50,209 nt of DNA from Hyphomicrobiales bacterium (GTDB lineage: Bacteria; Pseudomonadota; Alphaproteobacteria; Rhizobiales; Aestuariivirgaceae): positions 1-50,209 of the forward strand of contig JAHFPK010000001.1 of NCBI GenBank assembly GCA_023266715.1, in the 5' to 3' direction. The notes beneath the pieces are model-generated. The model saw only the letters and a list, made by a program, of their open reading frames with translations. It did no database searches and was not told the origin of the DNA. A program made the translations under genes and the position numbers. Positions 1 through 10,509 of this stretch are shown piece after piece (the first letter of the stretch is position 1; each line of letters begins with the position of its first letter).

Positions 1-2
1 GG

Positions 3-134
3 TCAAGTTCCGGCATCATTGGCGCCTACAGTGAAATCATTCCGGCCCTATGGCGCCAGCGCAAGGAACCGGACTGGTACATCAAGCCCAAATTGCCAGA
101 GGGTGTTGCACCTGTTACAGCTGCGATGGATTGA
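3..134 (+). CDS. 3' end of a MocD-like fatty-acid-desaturase-family oxygenase (partial, runs off the window start)
   Basis: Frame 3 reads SSSGIIGAYSEIIPALWRQRKEPDWYIKPKLPEGVAPVTAAMD*. This resembles the AYxEIIPALxRQ C-terminus of MocD-family proteins, and it lies directly upstream of MocE/MocF-like genes. Not in the ORF track. Confidence 0.6.
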   Translation, partial: SSSGIIGAYSEIIPALWRQRKEPDWYIKPKLPEGVAPVTAAMD

Positions 135-144
135 AGGAAAACCA

Positions 145-462
145 ATGAGCCAATGGATTGAAGTTTGTGCGACGGATGACATCGACGATGAAGATGTCAT
201 GCGTTTTGACCACCGGGGGCAAACCTTTGCCATCTATCATTCACCCGATAACAAGTTCTATGCTACGGACGGACTTTGCACCCATGAAAAAGTGCATCTC
301 GCCGACGGGCTGGTGATGGACAACATCATTGAATGCCCCAAGCACAATGGCCGGTTTGACTATCGCAACGGTGTTGCAAAGGGAGCGCCGGTTTGCGTCA
401 ATCTCAAAACTTATCCGGTCAAGGTTGAAGCTGGAAAAGTCCTGATCAACACAGGCGCATAG
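145..462 (+). CDS. mocE: Rieske [2Fe-2S] ferredoxin, MocE family
   Basis: Rieske motifs CTH...CPKH; 105 aa; RBS GAAGGA before ATG 145 (MSQWIEV). Confidence 0.88.
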   Translation: MSQWIEVCATDDIDDEDVMRFDHRGQTFAIYHSPDNKFYATDGLCTHEKVHLADGLVMDNIIECPKHNGRFDYRNGVAKGAPVCVNLKTYPVKVEAGKVLINTGA

Positions 463-463
463 A

Positions 464-1684
464 ATGACCGAAGCCAGCATGGTCATTGTGGGCGGTGGCA
501 AGGCAGGGGCGCGGGCTGCCGTCGCATTCCGGGAAAATGCGTGGAAGGGTCCGGTTACCCTCATCAGTGATGAGACGCTTGCTCCCTATGATCGACCGCC
601 GCTTTCCAAGGCCGCCATCACGGATGACGCCGAACCGCAACCCACCTATTTGCTTGACGAGGGCATGATGGCCTCGCTTGAGGTCAATTTTTTGCGAGGG
701 GCTGCGGCCACGGCAATATACCGGGAGGCAAAAACCCTAGCGCTCGCCGATGGCAAAAGGATTCCTTACGACCGCCTGCTTATTGCAACAGGGGCGGAGC
801 CCCGGCAGTTGTTGCTTGCAGGTTCCGAACGGGCGCTTTTGCTGCGTGATATTGCCGATGCGGTAAGAATACGAAATGAATTCTCCGAAGGCAGAAACAT
901 TGCCATCATAGGTGGCGGATTTATCGGGCTCGAACTCGCGTCCAGCGCCGCCAAGCGCGGCTGCCGTGTCACGGTGATTGAGGCACAGCCGCGCATTCTC
1001 ATGCGGGGTGTTCCGGCGGAAATTGCAACACGCATTGCGGCGCGCCATGCGGAGGCGGGCGTTACAATTCTGGTGGGTGCCAGCATTGCGCACATTGGCC
1101 CCGACAAGATCGTCCTTTCTGACGGCCGTGAAATTGCTGCCGATATCATCATCGCCGGTATTGGGGCCGCGCCGCGCTTCAAGCTGGCCGAGCAGTCGGG
1201 GCTTGCCATTGAAAATGGCATCGCGTGCAACACTTATCTTCAGACATCGGATCCGCATGTTTTCGCGATTGGCGATTGCTGTTCCTTTCCCCATCCCATT
1301 TTCGGCAATGAACGGTTGCGCCTTGAGGCCTGGCGAAATGCCAGCGATCAGGCCATTGTAGCCGTTGAAAACATGCTTGGCGGGCAGCGGCAGTATGAAG
1401 CCGTGCCCTGGTTTTGGTCCGACCAATACGAACTCAACCTGCAAATTGCCGGACTGCCGCACCTGGGCGCTTCCGTTGTCAAACGTGTTCCGAAGGATGA
1501 TGCGTTGATCCTTTGCCATGTGAGTGCCGAGGGTCGGCTCATGGGGGCCAGCGGGATTGGGCAGGGCAATTCAATTGCCCGCGACGTTCGCCTGCTCGAA
1601 ATGCTGATTGGAAAGAAGGCTACTCCCGATGCTGCGCAGCTTGCCGATCCGTCATTCCCATTAAAGTCCCTACTTAAGTCCTGA
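464..1684 (+). CDS. mocF: FAD/NAD(P)H-dependent ferredoxin reductase, MocF-like
   Basis: GGGKAG and GGGFIG dinucleotide motifs, YDRPPLSK, PWFWSDQY; adjacent to the Rieske ferredoxin. Confidence 0.88.
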   Translation: MTEASMVIVGGGKAGARAAVAFRENAWKGPVTLISDETLAPYDRPPLSKAAITDDAEPQPTYLLDEGMMASLEVNFLRGAAATAIYREAKTLALADGKRIPYDRLLIATGAEPRQLLLAGSERALLLRDIADAVRIRNEFSEGRNIAIIGGGFIGLELASSAAKRGCRVTVIEAQPRILMRGVPAEIATRIAARHAEAGVTILVGASIAHIGPDKIVLSDGREIAADIIIAGIGAAPRFKLAEQSGLAIENGIACNTYLQTSDPHVFAIGDCCSFPHPIFGNERLRLEAWRNASDQAIVAVENMLGGQRQYEAVPWFWSDQYELNLQIAGLPHLGASVVKRVPKDDALILCHVSAEGRLMGASGIGQGNSIARDVRLLEMLIGKKATPDAAQLADPSFPLKSLLKS

Positions 1685-1692
1685 GGAAACCC

Positions 1693-2502
1693 ATGATGAC
1701 CAGCAAGAGACCCACCGCTGCCGATGTCCGCGCCATGAAGGGCAAATACCAGTACACCATGCTGCGGGTTGAAACCATGCAGGAGCTTGAAGCAGCAGAG
1801 CTTGCAGGCATCGACATGGTTTCGGTTCCTCCAGACCTAATGTGCGATCCGGAATTTCGTGATGCGGCGCCGGGCCTTTTTGCCGTTCCCGGGCTCAATT
1901 ATTTTGACGTGGGGACCACAGATGATTTCATCCGCTGGTCTTTTCGCATGGTCAAGGCCAGTGCTGATGCGGTTTACTGCAGCGCCAGTTTGCAAACAGT
2001 ACGCCGTTTGGCCGACGAAGCCATTCCGGTCATTGGTCATGTAGGACTGGTCCCCTCAAAACGCACATGGACAGGCGGCTTCAAGGCGGTTGGCAAGTCT
2101 GCCGAGAGCGCCATGCAGGTTTTCAACGCGGTAAAAGCGTATGAGAGTGCCGGTGCCTTTGGCGCAGAAATTGAAGTTGTGCCAAGTGACGTTGCAAGCG
2201 AAATTTCAAAGCGCACAATGCTGTTCATGGTTTCCATGGGCGCGGGGAAAGGTTGCGATGCCCAGTATCTTTTCGCCGAGGATGTGCTTGGCAGCAACAC
2301 AGGTCATTACCCCAGGCATGCCAAGCGCTACCGCGATTTTACAGCGGAGTATGCCCGTTTGCAGAACGAACGCATTGCGGCCTTTGCAGAGTTTGCCGGG
2401 GATGTGAAAACCGGAGTGTATCCGGGGACGGCCCATCAAGTGGGCATCACGCGAGAAGAATTGCAAGCGTTCAAAAAATTGCTCTCGTCTTCAGGTGCAT
2501 AA
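1693..2502 (+). CDS. Divergent ketopantoate hydroxymethyltransferase (PanB)-family protein
   Basis: [36 protein letters not shown] and [11 protein letters not shown] match the PanB fold. The canonical GDS and DMPF metal motifs are missing. Confidence 0.8.
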   Translation: MMTSKRPTAADVRAMKGKYQYTMLRVETMQELEAAELAGIDMVSVPPDLMCDPEFRDAAPGLFAVPGLNYFDVGTTDDFIRWSFRMVKASADAVYCSASLQTVRRLADEAIPVIGHVGLVPSKRTWTGGFKAVGKSAESAMQVFNAVKAYESAGAFGAEIEVVPSDVASEISKRTMLFMVSMGAGKGCDAQYLFAEDVLGSNTGHYPRHAKRYRDFTAEYARLQNERIAAFAEFAGDVKTGVYPGTAHQVGITREELQAFKKLLSSSGA

Positions 2503-2539
2503 CATAGCTAAAATTGTAGCAAATTCTTTCAGCCTGCAT

Positions 2540-2569
2540 TTACCCTCACTGCGTGGGGGTAATTATTTT
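2540..2569 (+). terminator. Probable intrinsic terminator after the PanB-like gene
   Basis: TTACCCTCAC-TGC-GTGGGGGTAA 10-bp stem (one G-U) followed by TTATTTT. Confidence 0.6.
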
Positions 2570-2626
2570 GAAAGACTGCCCTGCCATGTTCAGGCAATAA
2601 GCCACGAAGTTGCAACAGGCAGTGCC

Positions 2627-4498
2627 ATGAGTGACCGCGAAAGCGACATAATAAATCGGCGTGAGAAGGGATTCCTTGAAGAAATCCGACGTTTGGCGCA
2701 GCCTTCATTGCCTCCAGCCGTGCAAAATTTTCTGTGGACTATGGGCGCCGCCGTGCCTCTCTCCGCGGTTTCGATCCTGATCTATGAACATGATCTCAAA
2801 TTGCAGGAAATTCTGGGCTATCTTTCAATTGCAGCACTGGTTCTTACCCTTGGCGTTCTGCTTATTACAGCGGCCAGACGGCGAAGCACTGAGCGCCGCA
2901 TCATGGCGCTTACAACAACCATAGCCGCCTTGCAGCAGGCGCGAGCCCAGGCGGAAACCTCAAACCGCGCCAAATCAAGATTTCTTGCAACGATGAGTCA
3001 TGAAATTCGCACACCGATGAACGGTGTAATCGGCATGATCGGCCTGTTGCGTGAAACCGAACTGACGCTGGAACAGGAAAGCTATGCGAAGGCTGCCGAT
3101 GCTTCCGGCAGAACCCTTATGTCGATCATCGATGAAATTCTTGATACCTCAAAAATTGAATCCGGCCGTCTTGATCTTGAGCGCAGTCCCTTTGATCTTT
3201 TAACTCTTGCCGAGGGTGTGATCGAGCTCCTGGCGCCACGCGCCCATGGGAAGGGGATTGAAATCTCGTGCCGCGTCACCAACAATGTTCCATCCATCAT
3301 TACCGGAGATGAGCATCGGACCCGCCAAATTCTTTTCAACATTTGCGGCAATGCAATCAAGTTCACCGAGCATGGCGGCGTGGCGCTTGTCATTGATTAT
3401 AATGGCGAGAGCAAATTGCTGACGCTCGAAATTTCCGATACCGGCATTGGCATGTCGCGGGATGAGATAGCCCATATTTTTGATGAGTATGTGCAGGCCA
3501 ATAGCAATACGACACGCCGTTTTGGAGGAACGGGACTGGGCCTTTCAATCAGCCGGAAACTGGTTGAAGGAATGGGTGGAAGCATAATTGTTACAAGCAA
3601 GGCGGGGCGCGGTTCAAAATTCCTGATCACCCTTCCTTGCGCGGACGCCCAGCAATCCGCTCTCCAGGAGAAACCGCTCCTCCATCGAAACTGTGAGCTT
3701 GCGGCTCCTCCCGGACCCATTCGTCAACATCTAGAAGCCGTACTTCTAGACCTTGGAGCAACTGTAAAAATACTCTCAAGCTCTCAGGAGGTGCGGGCTG
3801 CGTTGGCTGACAACAGAAAAGACAATGCGGCAATCCTGATATGTGATTCGTCGTTTGCTTCTGAACTTCGAACCTGGGCCCAACACAAGAAAAGACTTGG
3901 CAGTTCCAAACAGGTTTGGGTGCTGATGCAAGCCGAACAGCGACGCGCCCTGCGGGAATTTTTGGTGCAGCCTTTTGCCGGATATCTGCTAAAGCCATTT
4001 CGAAAGATCACCGTGACACGACAGCTCACCTCGCGCGACACTCAGATGATCGGTGGTGCAGTCAAGGAGCTGCGCCGGCTTGTAAAGAACTCCAAACCGG
4101 AGAAACACCTCCACATCATATTGGCGGAAGACAATCCGGTGAATGCCCTGCTGGCCAAAACCATGCTTGAAAAGGCGGGGCATACGGTTCGCCATGTTAC
4201 TTCCGGATTGCAGTTTCTTTCGCTGCTGGATGGCAAGAACAGGTTTGACCTGGCAATCATGGACGTCGAGATGCCAGAACTGGACGGACTGGAAACGACC
4301 AGGCGCGTCCGGGCCCGGGAACAAAAATCAGGTTCGGCATCACGCCTGCCAATTCTGGCACTCACCGCGAATGCGCGCCGGGAAAACTATCTTGAATGCA
4401 TAGCCGCAGGCATGGATGGGCATCTTTCCAAACCGTTTGATCGCCAGGACATGGAGGAAGCAATTACAAAGATTTTGTATCTCAAACCTGCTGCCTGA
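2627..4498 (+). CDS. Membrane-anchored hybrid sensor histidine kinase/response regulator
   Basis: Two N-terminal hydrophobic segments; H-box [11 protein letters not shown]; N/G1/G2 boxes GNAIKFT, DTGIG, GGTGLGL; a degenerate receiver-like region; C-terminal REC (AEDN..IMDVEMP..SKP). Start codon uncertain (ATG 2627 chosen). Confidence 0.88.
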   Translation: MSDRESDIINRREKGFLEEIRRLAQPSLPPAVQNFLWTMGAAVPLSAVSILIYEHDLKLQEILGYLSIAALVLTLGVLLITAARRRSTERRIMALTTTIAALQQARAQAETSNRAKSRFLATMSHEIRTPMNGVIGMIGLLRETELTLEQESYAKAADASGRTLMSIIDEILDTSKIESGRLDLERSPFDLLTLAEGVIELLAPRAHGKGIEISCRVTNNVPSIITGDEHRTRQILFNICGNAIKFTEHGGVALVIDYNGESKLLTLEISDTGIGMSRDEIAHIFDEYVQANSNTTRRFGGTGLGLSISRKLVEGMGGSIIVTSKAGRGSKFLITLPCADAQQSALQEKPLLHRNCELAAPPGPIRQHLEAVLLDLGATVKILSSSQEVRAALADNRKDNAAILICDSSFASELRTWAQHKKRLGSSKQVWVLMQAEQRRALREFLVQPFAGYLLKPFRKITVTRQLTSRDTQMIGGAVKELRRLVKNSKPEKHLHIILAEDNPVNALLAKTMLEKAGHTVRHVTSGLQFLSLLDGKNRFDLAIMDVEMPELDGLETTRRVRAREQKSGSASRLPILALTANARRENYLECIAAGMDGHLSKPFDRQDMEEAITKILYLKPAA

Positions 4499-4501
4499 TC
4501 A

Positions 4502-4519
4502 CTGTCACCAGATTTTCAC
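4502..4519 (+). promoter_or_regulatory. Putative Pho box (PhoB site) upstream of olsB
   Basis: CTGTCAC-CAGA-TTTTCAC: two 7-mers with 11-bp periodicity, matching the CTGTCAT-N4-CTGTCAY consensus. Confidence 0.65.
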
Positions 4520-4551
4520 AATGCTGTTGTTTAAGGCAATTTTTCTTCCTT

Positions 4552-5406
4552 TTGAAGGAACCCCTATTGGACCGCCTCTCACCTGCGCATGACAATCTGG
4601 GAACACGCAATGGCCTGCGTGTTCGCCTGGCGCGTACACCTGAAGAAATCGTCACGGCTCAAAGACTGCGTTACCGCGTTTTTTATGAAGAGCTTAAGGC
4701 TGAGCCGGATAGCGCTTCGTCCCAATCGCACCGGGATGCGGATCGTTTTGACGAGTTCTGCGATCACCTGATTGTTGTTCATAAAACACAAAGGGATATG
4801 AGCGGGCATTTCAATATCGATGGCGGCGAAATGGTGGGCACTTATCGCCTGTTGCGCCAGTCTGTTGCTGAACAGAATGGCGGGTTTTATACGCAGAGCG
4901 AATTCGACATCGCACCACTTCTCGCGGCAAAGCCCGAGTTGAAAATTTTGGAATTGGGAAGGTCCTGTGTCCTAAAGGAATACCGAACCAAGCCGGTGGT
5001 AGAACTCCTCTGGCAGGGCATCTGGAATTATGTGAGGCAGCACCGGTTGGACATCATGCTGGGTTGCGCCAGTTTTGAGGGAATTGACCAGAAGGTTCAT
5101 GCTTCGACATTGAATTTTCTTGCGCGCAATTACGCTGCTCCATCGGAGTGGAGTGTCCGCGCATTGCCCGAACGCTATGTTGAAATGAAAACAGACGTCG
5201 AGAACGCTTCCGACACCAAAGCTGCGTTGAGGGCCTTGCCTCCCTTGATAAAGGGATATTTGCGCCTGGGTTGCTACATCGGGGAAGGGGCGGTGATTGA
5301 CAGACAGTTCAATACCATCGATGTACTCATTATTCTGCCGGTTTCAAATATCAATCCGCGCTATTTCACGCATTTTGGCCAGCCGGACGAAGCCATTACC
5401 TATTGA
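4552..5406 (+). CDS. olsB: Ornithine lipid N-acyltransferase (OlsB-like GNAT family)
   Basis: AQRLRYRVFYEE, DADRFDEFCDHL, VGTYRL, ELGRSCV, LPPLIKGYLRLG, DRQFNTID motifs. TTG start uncertain. Confidence 0.85.
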   Translation: MKEPLLDRLSPAHDNLGTRNGLRVRLARTPEEIVTAQRLRYRVFYEELKAEPDSASSQSHRDADRFDEFCDHLIVVHKTQRDMSGHFNIDGGEMVGTYRLLRQSVAEQNGGFYTQSEFDIAPLLAAKPELKILELGRSCVLKEYRTKPVVELLWQGIWNYVRQHRLDIMLGCASFEGIDQKVHASTLNFLARNYAAPSEWSVRALPERYVEMKTDVENASDTKAALRALPPLIKGYLRLGCYIGEGAVIDRQFNTIDVLIILPVSNINPRYFTHFGQPDEAITY

Positions 5407-7675
5407 TATCGAAAGCGGCAATTGCTGCCAGGTTTACGATATCCGTAGCGGTCGCCGACATCGAAGCAATTTGCACCGGTTTTGCAAGTCCTGTCAGCAA
5501 TGGCCCAACGACCGTGATGCCACCTAGCTGCTGAAGCATCTTGGTTGAAATCGAGGCCGAGTGGGCCGCTGGCATCACCAGGACATTGGCCGGGGCCGTC
5601 AACCGGCAAAATGGATAAAGCGCCATGGCCTCCCTTGACAGGGCAACGTCGGCAGACATCTCGCCATCATACTCAAAATCAACATTGCGCTTGTCCAAAA
5701 CCGAAACAGCATTTCTGACATACTCGGCGCGTTCACCCCGGGGATAACCAAAGGTGGAATAGGACAGAAATGCCACACGTGGCTCATAGCCAAAGCGCCG
5801 GGCAACACCAGCCGCTTCCTGCGCGATATCAGCCAGTTCCTCAGCCGTCGGCAACTCATGAATTGAGGTATCGGCAATAAAAACCGTCCGCCCACGGACG
5901 AGTGCCATTGACACGCCAATGGGGCGATGGCCCGGACGGTTATCAATCGCACGGCGTACGTTATCGAGCGCCACGGAGAAATTACGCGTCAGGCCGGTGA
6001 CGAGCGCATCGGCATCGCCGAGAGCCACCATGCAGGAAGCGAATACGTTTCGGTCCTGATTTACAAAACGCTGGCAATCCCTGAAGAGGAATCCATTGCG
6101 TTGCAAGCGTTCATAAAGGAAATTGGCATAATCGACATTTCTGTCGGTCAGGCGCGCATTAAGAATTTTAACGTCCTCGTGCAGCTCCAAACCACTCGCG
6201 ACAAGGGTTTTTTCAACTTCTGTTTCACGGCCAATCAGAATGGCTGTGCCCAACCCCGCCGTGGCAAAGCTGTTGGCGGCACGGATCATCCGGTCCTCTT
6301 CGCCTTCGGCGAACACCACACGCTTGGGCTTGGATTTCACCTGGTCATAAACCGTCTGAAGGGTGCCGGCTATGGGATCAAGCCTAGCGGACAATTGTGC
6401 GGTGTATTCATCAATATCGGCAATATGCTTGCGCGCCACGCCTGAATCCATGGCTGCCTTGGCCACGGCGACCGGAATTCTGGAGATGAGCCGCGGGTCA
6501 AAGGGAACCGGTATCAGATATTGCGGGCCAAAGGTGAGACGCGAGCCATGATAGGCGGCGGCCACTTCATCGGGAACATCCTCGCGCGCCAGGCTTGCGA
6601 GAGCCTGGGCGGCTGCGATCTTCATTTCTTCATTGATCGTCCGCGCCCTCACATCAAGGGCACCCCTGAATATATAAGGGAAACCCAGAATATTATTGAC
6701 CTGATTGGGATAGTCGGAGCGACCGGTTGCGATGATGGCATCGGACCTGATCTTAGCCACGTCTTCGGGGAGGATTTCCGGATCGGGATTTGCCATGGCA
6801 AAGATGATCGGATTTTTGGCCATGCCTTTAACCATCTCGGGGGTCAGGGCACCTGCAACCGACAGGCCAAAGAAAACATCGGCGCCTTCCATGGCATCGG
6901 CCAGGCTACGGGCCTTTGTGACCGTGGCATGGGCCGACTTCCACTGGTTCATGCCCGTGGTGCGGCCCCGGTAAACCACGCCCTTTGAATCCGCTAGAAT
7001 AACATTCTCAGCGGGAACACCCATGGACTTAATCAACTCGATGCAGGCTATGGCCGCAGCACCTGCACCATTGCAGACAAGCTTGAAATTCTTCATATCC
7101 CGCTTAGTGATATGGAGCGCATTGATCAGGGCTGCGGTGGCAATGATGGCCGTTCCATGCTGATCATCATGGAATACGGGAATATCCATGAGTTCACGCA
7201 GGCGTTGCTCAATCATGAAGCATTCGGGGGCCTTGATGTCTTCCAGATTTATGCCGCCAAAAGAGGGGCCGAGGTAACGCACGGCGGCGATAAATTCATC
7301 GACATCCTTGGTATCAACTTCGAGATCAATGGAATCGACATCGGCAAAGCGCTTGAACAGTACGGCTTTGCCTTCCATAACCGGTTTTGCGGCAAGTGCG
7401 CCCAAGTCGCCAAGGCCCAGAATGGCCGTCCCATTGGTAACCACGGCAACAAGATTGCCCTTGGCCGTATAATCATAAGCGGCGTCAGGGTTTTCAGCGA
7501 TGACGCGGACCGGCACGGCAACCCCCGGACTATAGGCCAGCGACAAATCACGCTGGGTTGCCATGGGTTTGGTCGGATTGATCTCAAGCTTGCCGGGCTT
7601 CCCGCGCCGATGAAATTCAAGGGCTTCTTCGTCAGTAATGGACGGCTTCCGACTGGGCCTTTTATCGCTACTCAT
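5396..7675 (-). CDS. maeB: NADP-dependent malic enzyme with C-terminal phosphotransacetylase-like domain
   Basis: [47 protein letters not shown]; PTA-like domain ([11 protein letters not shown]). Confidence 0.95.
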   Translation of the reverse strand: MSSDKRPSRKPSITDEEALEFHRRGKPGKLEINPTKPMATQRDLSLAYSPGVAVPVRVIAENPDAAYDYTAKGNLVAVVTNGTAILGLGDLGALAAKPVMEGKAVLFKRFADVDSIDLEVDTKDVDEFIAAVRYLGPSFGGINLEDIKAPECFMIEQRLRELMDIPVFHDDQHGTAIIATAALINALHITKRDMKNFKLVCNGAGAAAIACIELIKSMGVPAENVILADSKGVVYRGRTTGMNQWKSAHATVTKARSLADAMEGADVFFGLSVAGALTPEMVKGMAKNPIIFAMANPDPEILPEDVAKIRSDAIIATGRSDYPNQVNNILGFPYIFRGALDVRARTINEEMKIAAAQALASLAREDVPDEVAAAYHGSRLTFGPQYLIPVPFDPRLISRIPVAVAKAAMDSGVARKHIADIDEYTAQLSARLDPIAGTLQTVYDQVKSKPKRVVFAEGEEDRMIRAANSFATAGLGTAILIGRETEVEKTLVASGLELHEDVKILNARLTDRNVDYANFLYERLQRNGFLFRDCQRFVNQDRNVFASCMVALGDADALVTGLTRNFSVALDNVRRAIDNRPGHRPIGVSMALVRGRTVFIADTSIHELPTAEELADIAQEAAGVARRFGYEPRVAFLSYSTFGYPRGERAEYVRNAVSVLDKRNVDFEYDGEMSADVALSREAMALYPFCRLTAPANVLVMPAAHSASISTKMLQQLGGITVVGPLLTGLAKPVQIASMSATATDIVNLAAIAAFDINR

Positions 7676-7710
7676 TGACGCTCATTTCAAGAATTTCCCG
7701 TTGCGCGCCG

Positions 7711-7739
7711 AGACTAGAGGGAGCGCGGCTAATCCTCAA
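7711..7739 (-). promoter_or_regulatory. Putative sigma70 promoter of maeB
   Basis: Minus strand TTGAGG-N17-TAGTCT. Confidence 0.45.
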
Positions 7740-7803
7740 GTCTCTAATTTCCAGCAAATATAGAGGGTGACAGGCTTGCCCCAATATCTGTTATAAAACC
7801 GCC

Positions 7804-10509
7804 ATGAATGAGATGGCGACAATGACAGGAGCAAACGGCGTGGTGGAACGCCCAACGCCGATGATGGTACAATACCTTGAAATCAAGGCGGCCCATCCTG
7901 GTTTTCTGCTGTTTTACCGCATGGGCGACTTCTACGAACTGTTCTTTGAGGATGCGGAGACGGCGTCGCGCGCCTTGGGCATTGCGCTCACAAAGCGCGG
8001 CAAACACCTGGGCGCAGATATTCCGATGTGCGGGGTGCCTGTCCACGCCGCCGACCAGTATTTGCAGAAACTCATCCGGCTTGAACACCGGGTAGCTGTT
8101 TGTGAGCAGATGGAAGATCCCCAAGAGGCAAAAAAGCGCGGCAGCAAATCAGTCGTTCGAAGAAATGTCATAAGGCTGGTTACGCCCGGCACCTTGACCG
8201 AAGATACGCTGCTTGAATCACGCACCAGCAATTATATTGCAGCGCTTGCCGGCACCAAGGGGACGCAGGAAATGGCCCTCTCCTGGGCCGATATTTCGTC
8301 AGGTGAATTTTCTGTCCAGTTGACCGATCACAAGCGGCTCGCCGCGGAGTTGGCAAGGCTGGAACCGCGCGAAATCATTTTTGGCGATAGTTTGGGAAGC
8401 GATGAACCTGTTGTGAAGATATTGCAGGAGACGGGTATTTCACTGAGTCCGCTTCCGTCATCGCGCTTTGACAGCACAACCGCGGAAAAGCGATTGAAGG
8501 ATCATTTTGGTGTTTTAGCTTTTGAAGGTTTTGGAACCTTCTCGCGGGCAGAAATCGCAAGCCTTGGCGGTCTTCTGGACTACATTTTGCTCACCCAGGT
8601 GGGAAAAATCCCTCATCTTCGAAATCCCAAGAGGGAGGATGGGCAGTCGGGCCTTCAAGTTGATGCCGCAACGCGCGCAAACTTGGAGCTTACCCGCAAG
8701 CTGTCCGGCGAGAGGGAAGGAAGCCTTCTTTCCGTCATTGATTTGACAGTCACGGCAGCCGGGGCTCGCTTGCTAGCAGGCAGACTGCGACAACCCCTCA
8801 ATCAGGTTTCGGCAATTGAAGCGCGCCTTGATGAAGTCAGTCACTTCGAAACAATGCCTGAGCTTAAGGACAATCTGAGACTCCAACTTAGAGCGATGCC
8901 GGACCTTGAACGCGCCCTGGGACGCCTGACACTTGGCCGCGGGAGTCCGCGCGACCTCGCGGCTATACGCGATGGGCTGAAATGCGCCGATGCGATTGGA
9001 GACTTGTTGAGCGTCAACGACCCTCTGAATCAGCTTCCAGAAAATCTCTCCACAGCCAAGGGTATTATCAAAAATCTGCCGTATCATCTGGTGCAACGAC
9101 TTGGTGCGGGACTTTCCGACAATCTGCCGATGCTGGCACGCGATGGCAATTTCATCAGGCAGGGTTACAGCACGGAATTGGACAGCGCCCGCACCCTGCG
9201 AGATGACACACGGCAGGTCATTGCCGAATTACAGTCCCGTTATTCCGAAACTGTCGGGATCAAGAACCTGAAAATTCGTCACAACAACATGATTGGCTAT
9301 TTCATTGAAGTGGCAACACAGAACGCACCCGTATTGAGCGATGAGAAATTCGAAGGCGAATTCATTCACCGTCAGACCATTGCGAATACAACCCGGTTTA
9401 CAACCCTGGAGCTTTCACAGCTTGAACAGCGCATTGCATCGGCCGCCGAACGAGCCCTCGCCATTGAAATAGAAGCCTTCAATGTTTTTGTAGAAAATGT
9501 CCGGGATGAAAGAGAGGTTGTTTCAAGCATCGCCGCAGCCCTTGCGGCCCTTGATGTCGCTTCATCCTTGTGTGAATTGGCCCAGCGCAACCGCTATGTG
9601 CGCCCAATTGTCGATAACTCATTGAACTTCAAAATTGTCAGTGGCCGACACCCGGTGGTAGAGAGTGTTCTGCAAAAGGATGGTGAAAGCGCCTTCATTG
9701 CCAATGATTGCGACCTGTCAGTCCGGAATCACCGATTATGGCTGCTGACCGGCCCTAATATGGCTGGCAAATCAACGTTTTTACGGCAGAATGCACTCAT
9801 TGCGATTCTGGCCCAGATGGGCTCCTATGTGCCGGCCAGAAGTGCCCATATCGGCATTGTTGACCGCCTGTTCAGCCGCGTCGGAGCGGCCGATGATCTG
9901 GCACGTGGACGCTCAACCTTCATGGTTGAAATGGTGGAAACCGCGGCAATCCTCAATCAGGCAACGGAAAACTCATTGGTTATTCTGGACGAGATTGGCC
10001 GGGGAACATCGACCTTTGATGGCCTTTCGATTGCCTGGGCCACGGTTGAGCATCTGCATGAAACCAACCGCTGCCGTGCCCTATTTGCCACGCATTATCA
10101 TGAGTTGACGACCCTTGCGGCAAGGCTTGACGGCCTTCACAACGCCACCGTCAAGGTGCGCGAATGGAAGGGCGACGTGATATTTCTGCATGAAGTGGCA
10201 AGCGGAGTGGCAGACCGATCCTATGGCATTCAAGTTGCTAAATTGGCGGGTTTGCCGCATGTCGTGACGGAGCGCGCAGCGACAATCCTGTCGCAGCTGG
10301 AAAAAAGTGAACAGGCGTTCAAACGCAAAACTCTCGTCGATGATTTGCCGCTGTTTTCTTCCCTGCAGGCATCGGCCAATAATTCATCGCAGGCCAAAAC
10401 AGATGAAATCCGCGACATGTTGACAAATGTCAGACCCGATGAGCTGACGCCACGCGATGCGCTCACATTCCTTTACGCCCTGAAGGCAAAATTGAAAGAC
10501 GCGCCATGA
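7804..10509 (+). CDS. mutS: DNA mismatch repair protein MutS
   Basis: TPMMVQY, FYRMGDFYELF, Walker A GPNMAGKS, STFMVEM, DEIGRGT, ATHYHEL, SYGIQVA. Confidence 0.97.
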   Translation: MNEMATMTGANGVVERPTPMMVQYLEIKAAHPGFLLFYRMGDFYELFFEDAETASRALGIALTKRGKHLGADIPMCGVPVHAADQYLQKLIRLEHRVAVCEQMEDPQEAKKRGSKSVVRRNVIRLVTPGTLTEDTLLESRTSNYIAALAGTKGTQEMALSWADISSGEFSVQLTDHKRLAAELARLEPREIIFGDSLGSDEPVVKILQETGISLSPLPSSRFDSTTAEKRLKDHFGVLAFEGFGTFSRAEIASLGGLLDYILLTQVGKIPHLRNPKREDGQSGLQVDAATRANLELTRKLSGEREGSLLSVIDLTVTAAGARLLAGRLRQPLNQVSAIEARLDEVSHFETMPELKDNLRLQLRAMPDLERALGRLTLGRGSPRDLAAIRDGLKCADAIGDLLSVNDPLNQLPENLSTAKGIIKNLPYHLVQRLGAGLSDNLPMLARDGNFIRQGYSTELDSARTLRDDTRQVIAELQSRYSETVGIKNLKIRHNNMIGYFIEVATQNAPVLSDEKFEGEFIHRQTIANTTRFTTLELSQLEQRIASAAERALAIEIEAFNVFVENVRDEREVVSSIAAALAALDVASSLCELAQRNRYVRPIVDNSLNFKIVSGRHPVVESVLQKDGESAFIANDCDLSVRNHRLWLLTGPNMAGKSTFLRQNALIAILAQMGSYVPARSAHIGIVDRLFSRVGAADDLARGRSTFMVEMVETAAILNQATENSLVILDEIGRGTSTFDGLSIAWATVEHLHETNRCRALFATHYHELTTLAARLDGLHNATVKVREWKGDVIFLHEVASGVADRSYGIQVAKLAGLPHVVTERAATILSQLEKSEQAFKRKTLVDDLPLFSSLQASANNSSQAKTDEIRDMLTNVRPDELTPRDALTFLYALKAKLKDAP

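Noticed and set aside
19-144. N-terminal extension of the Rieske ORF in the ORF track
   Set aside because: Overlaps the upstream desaturase-like frame; the RBS supports ATG 145.
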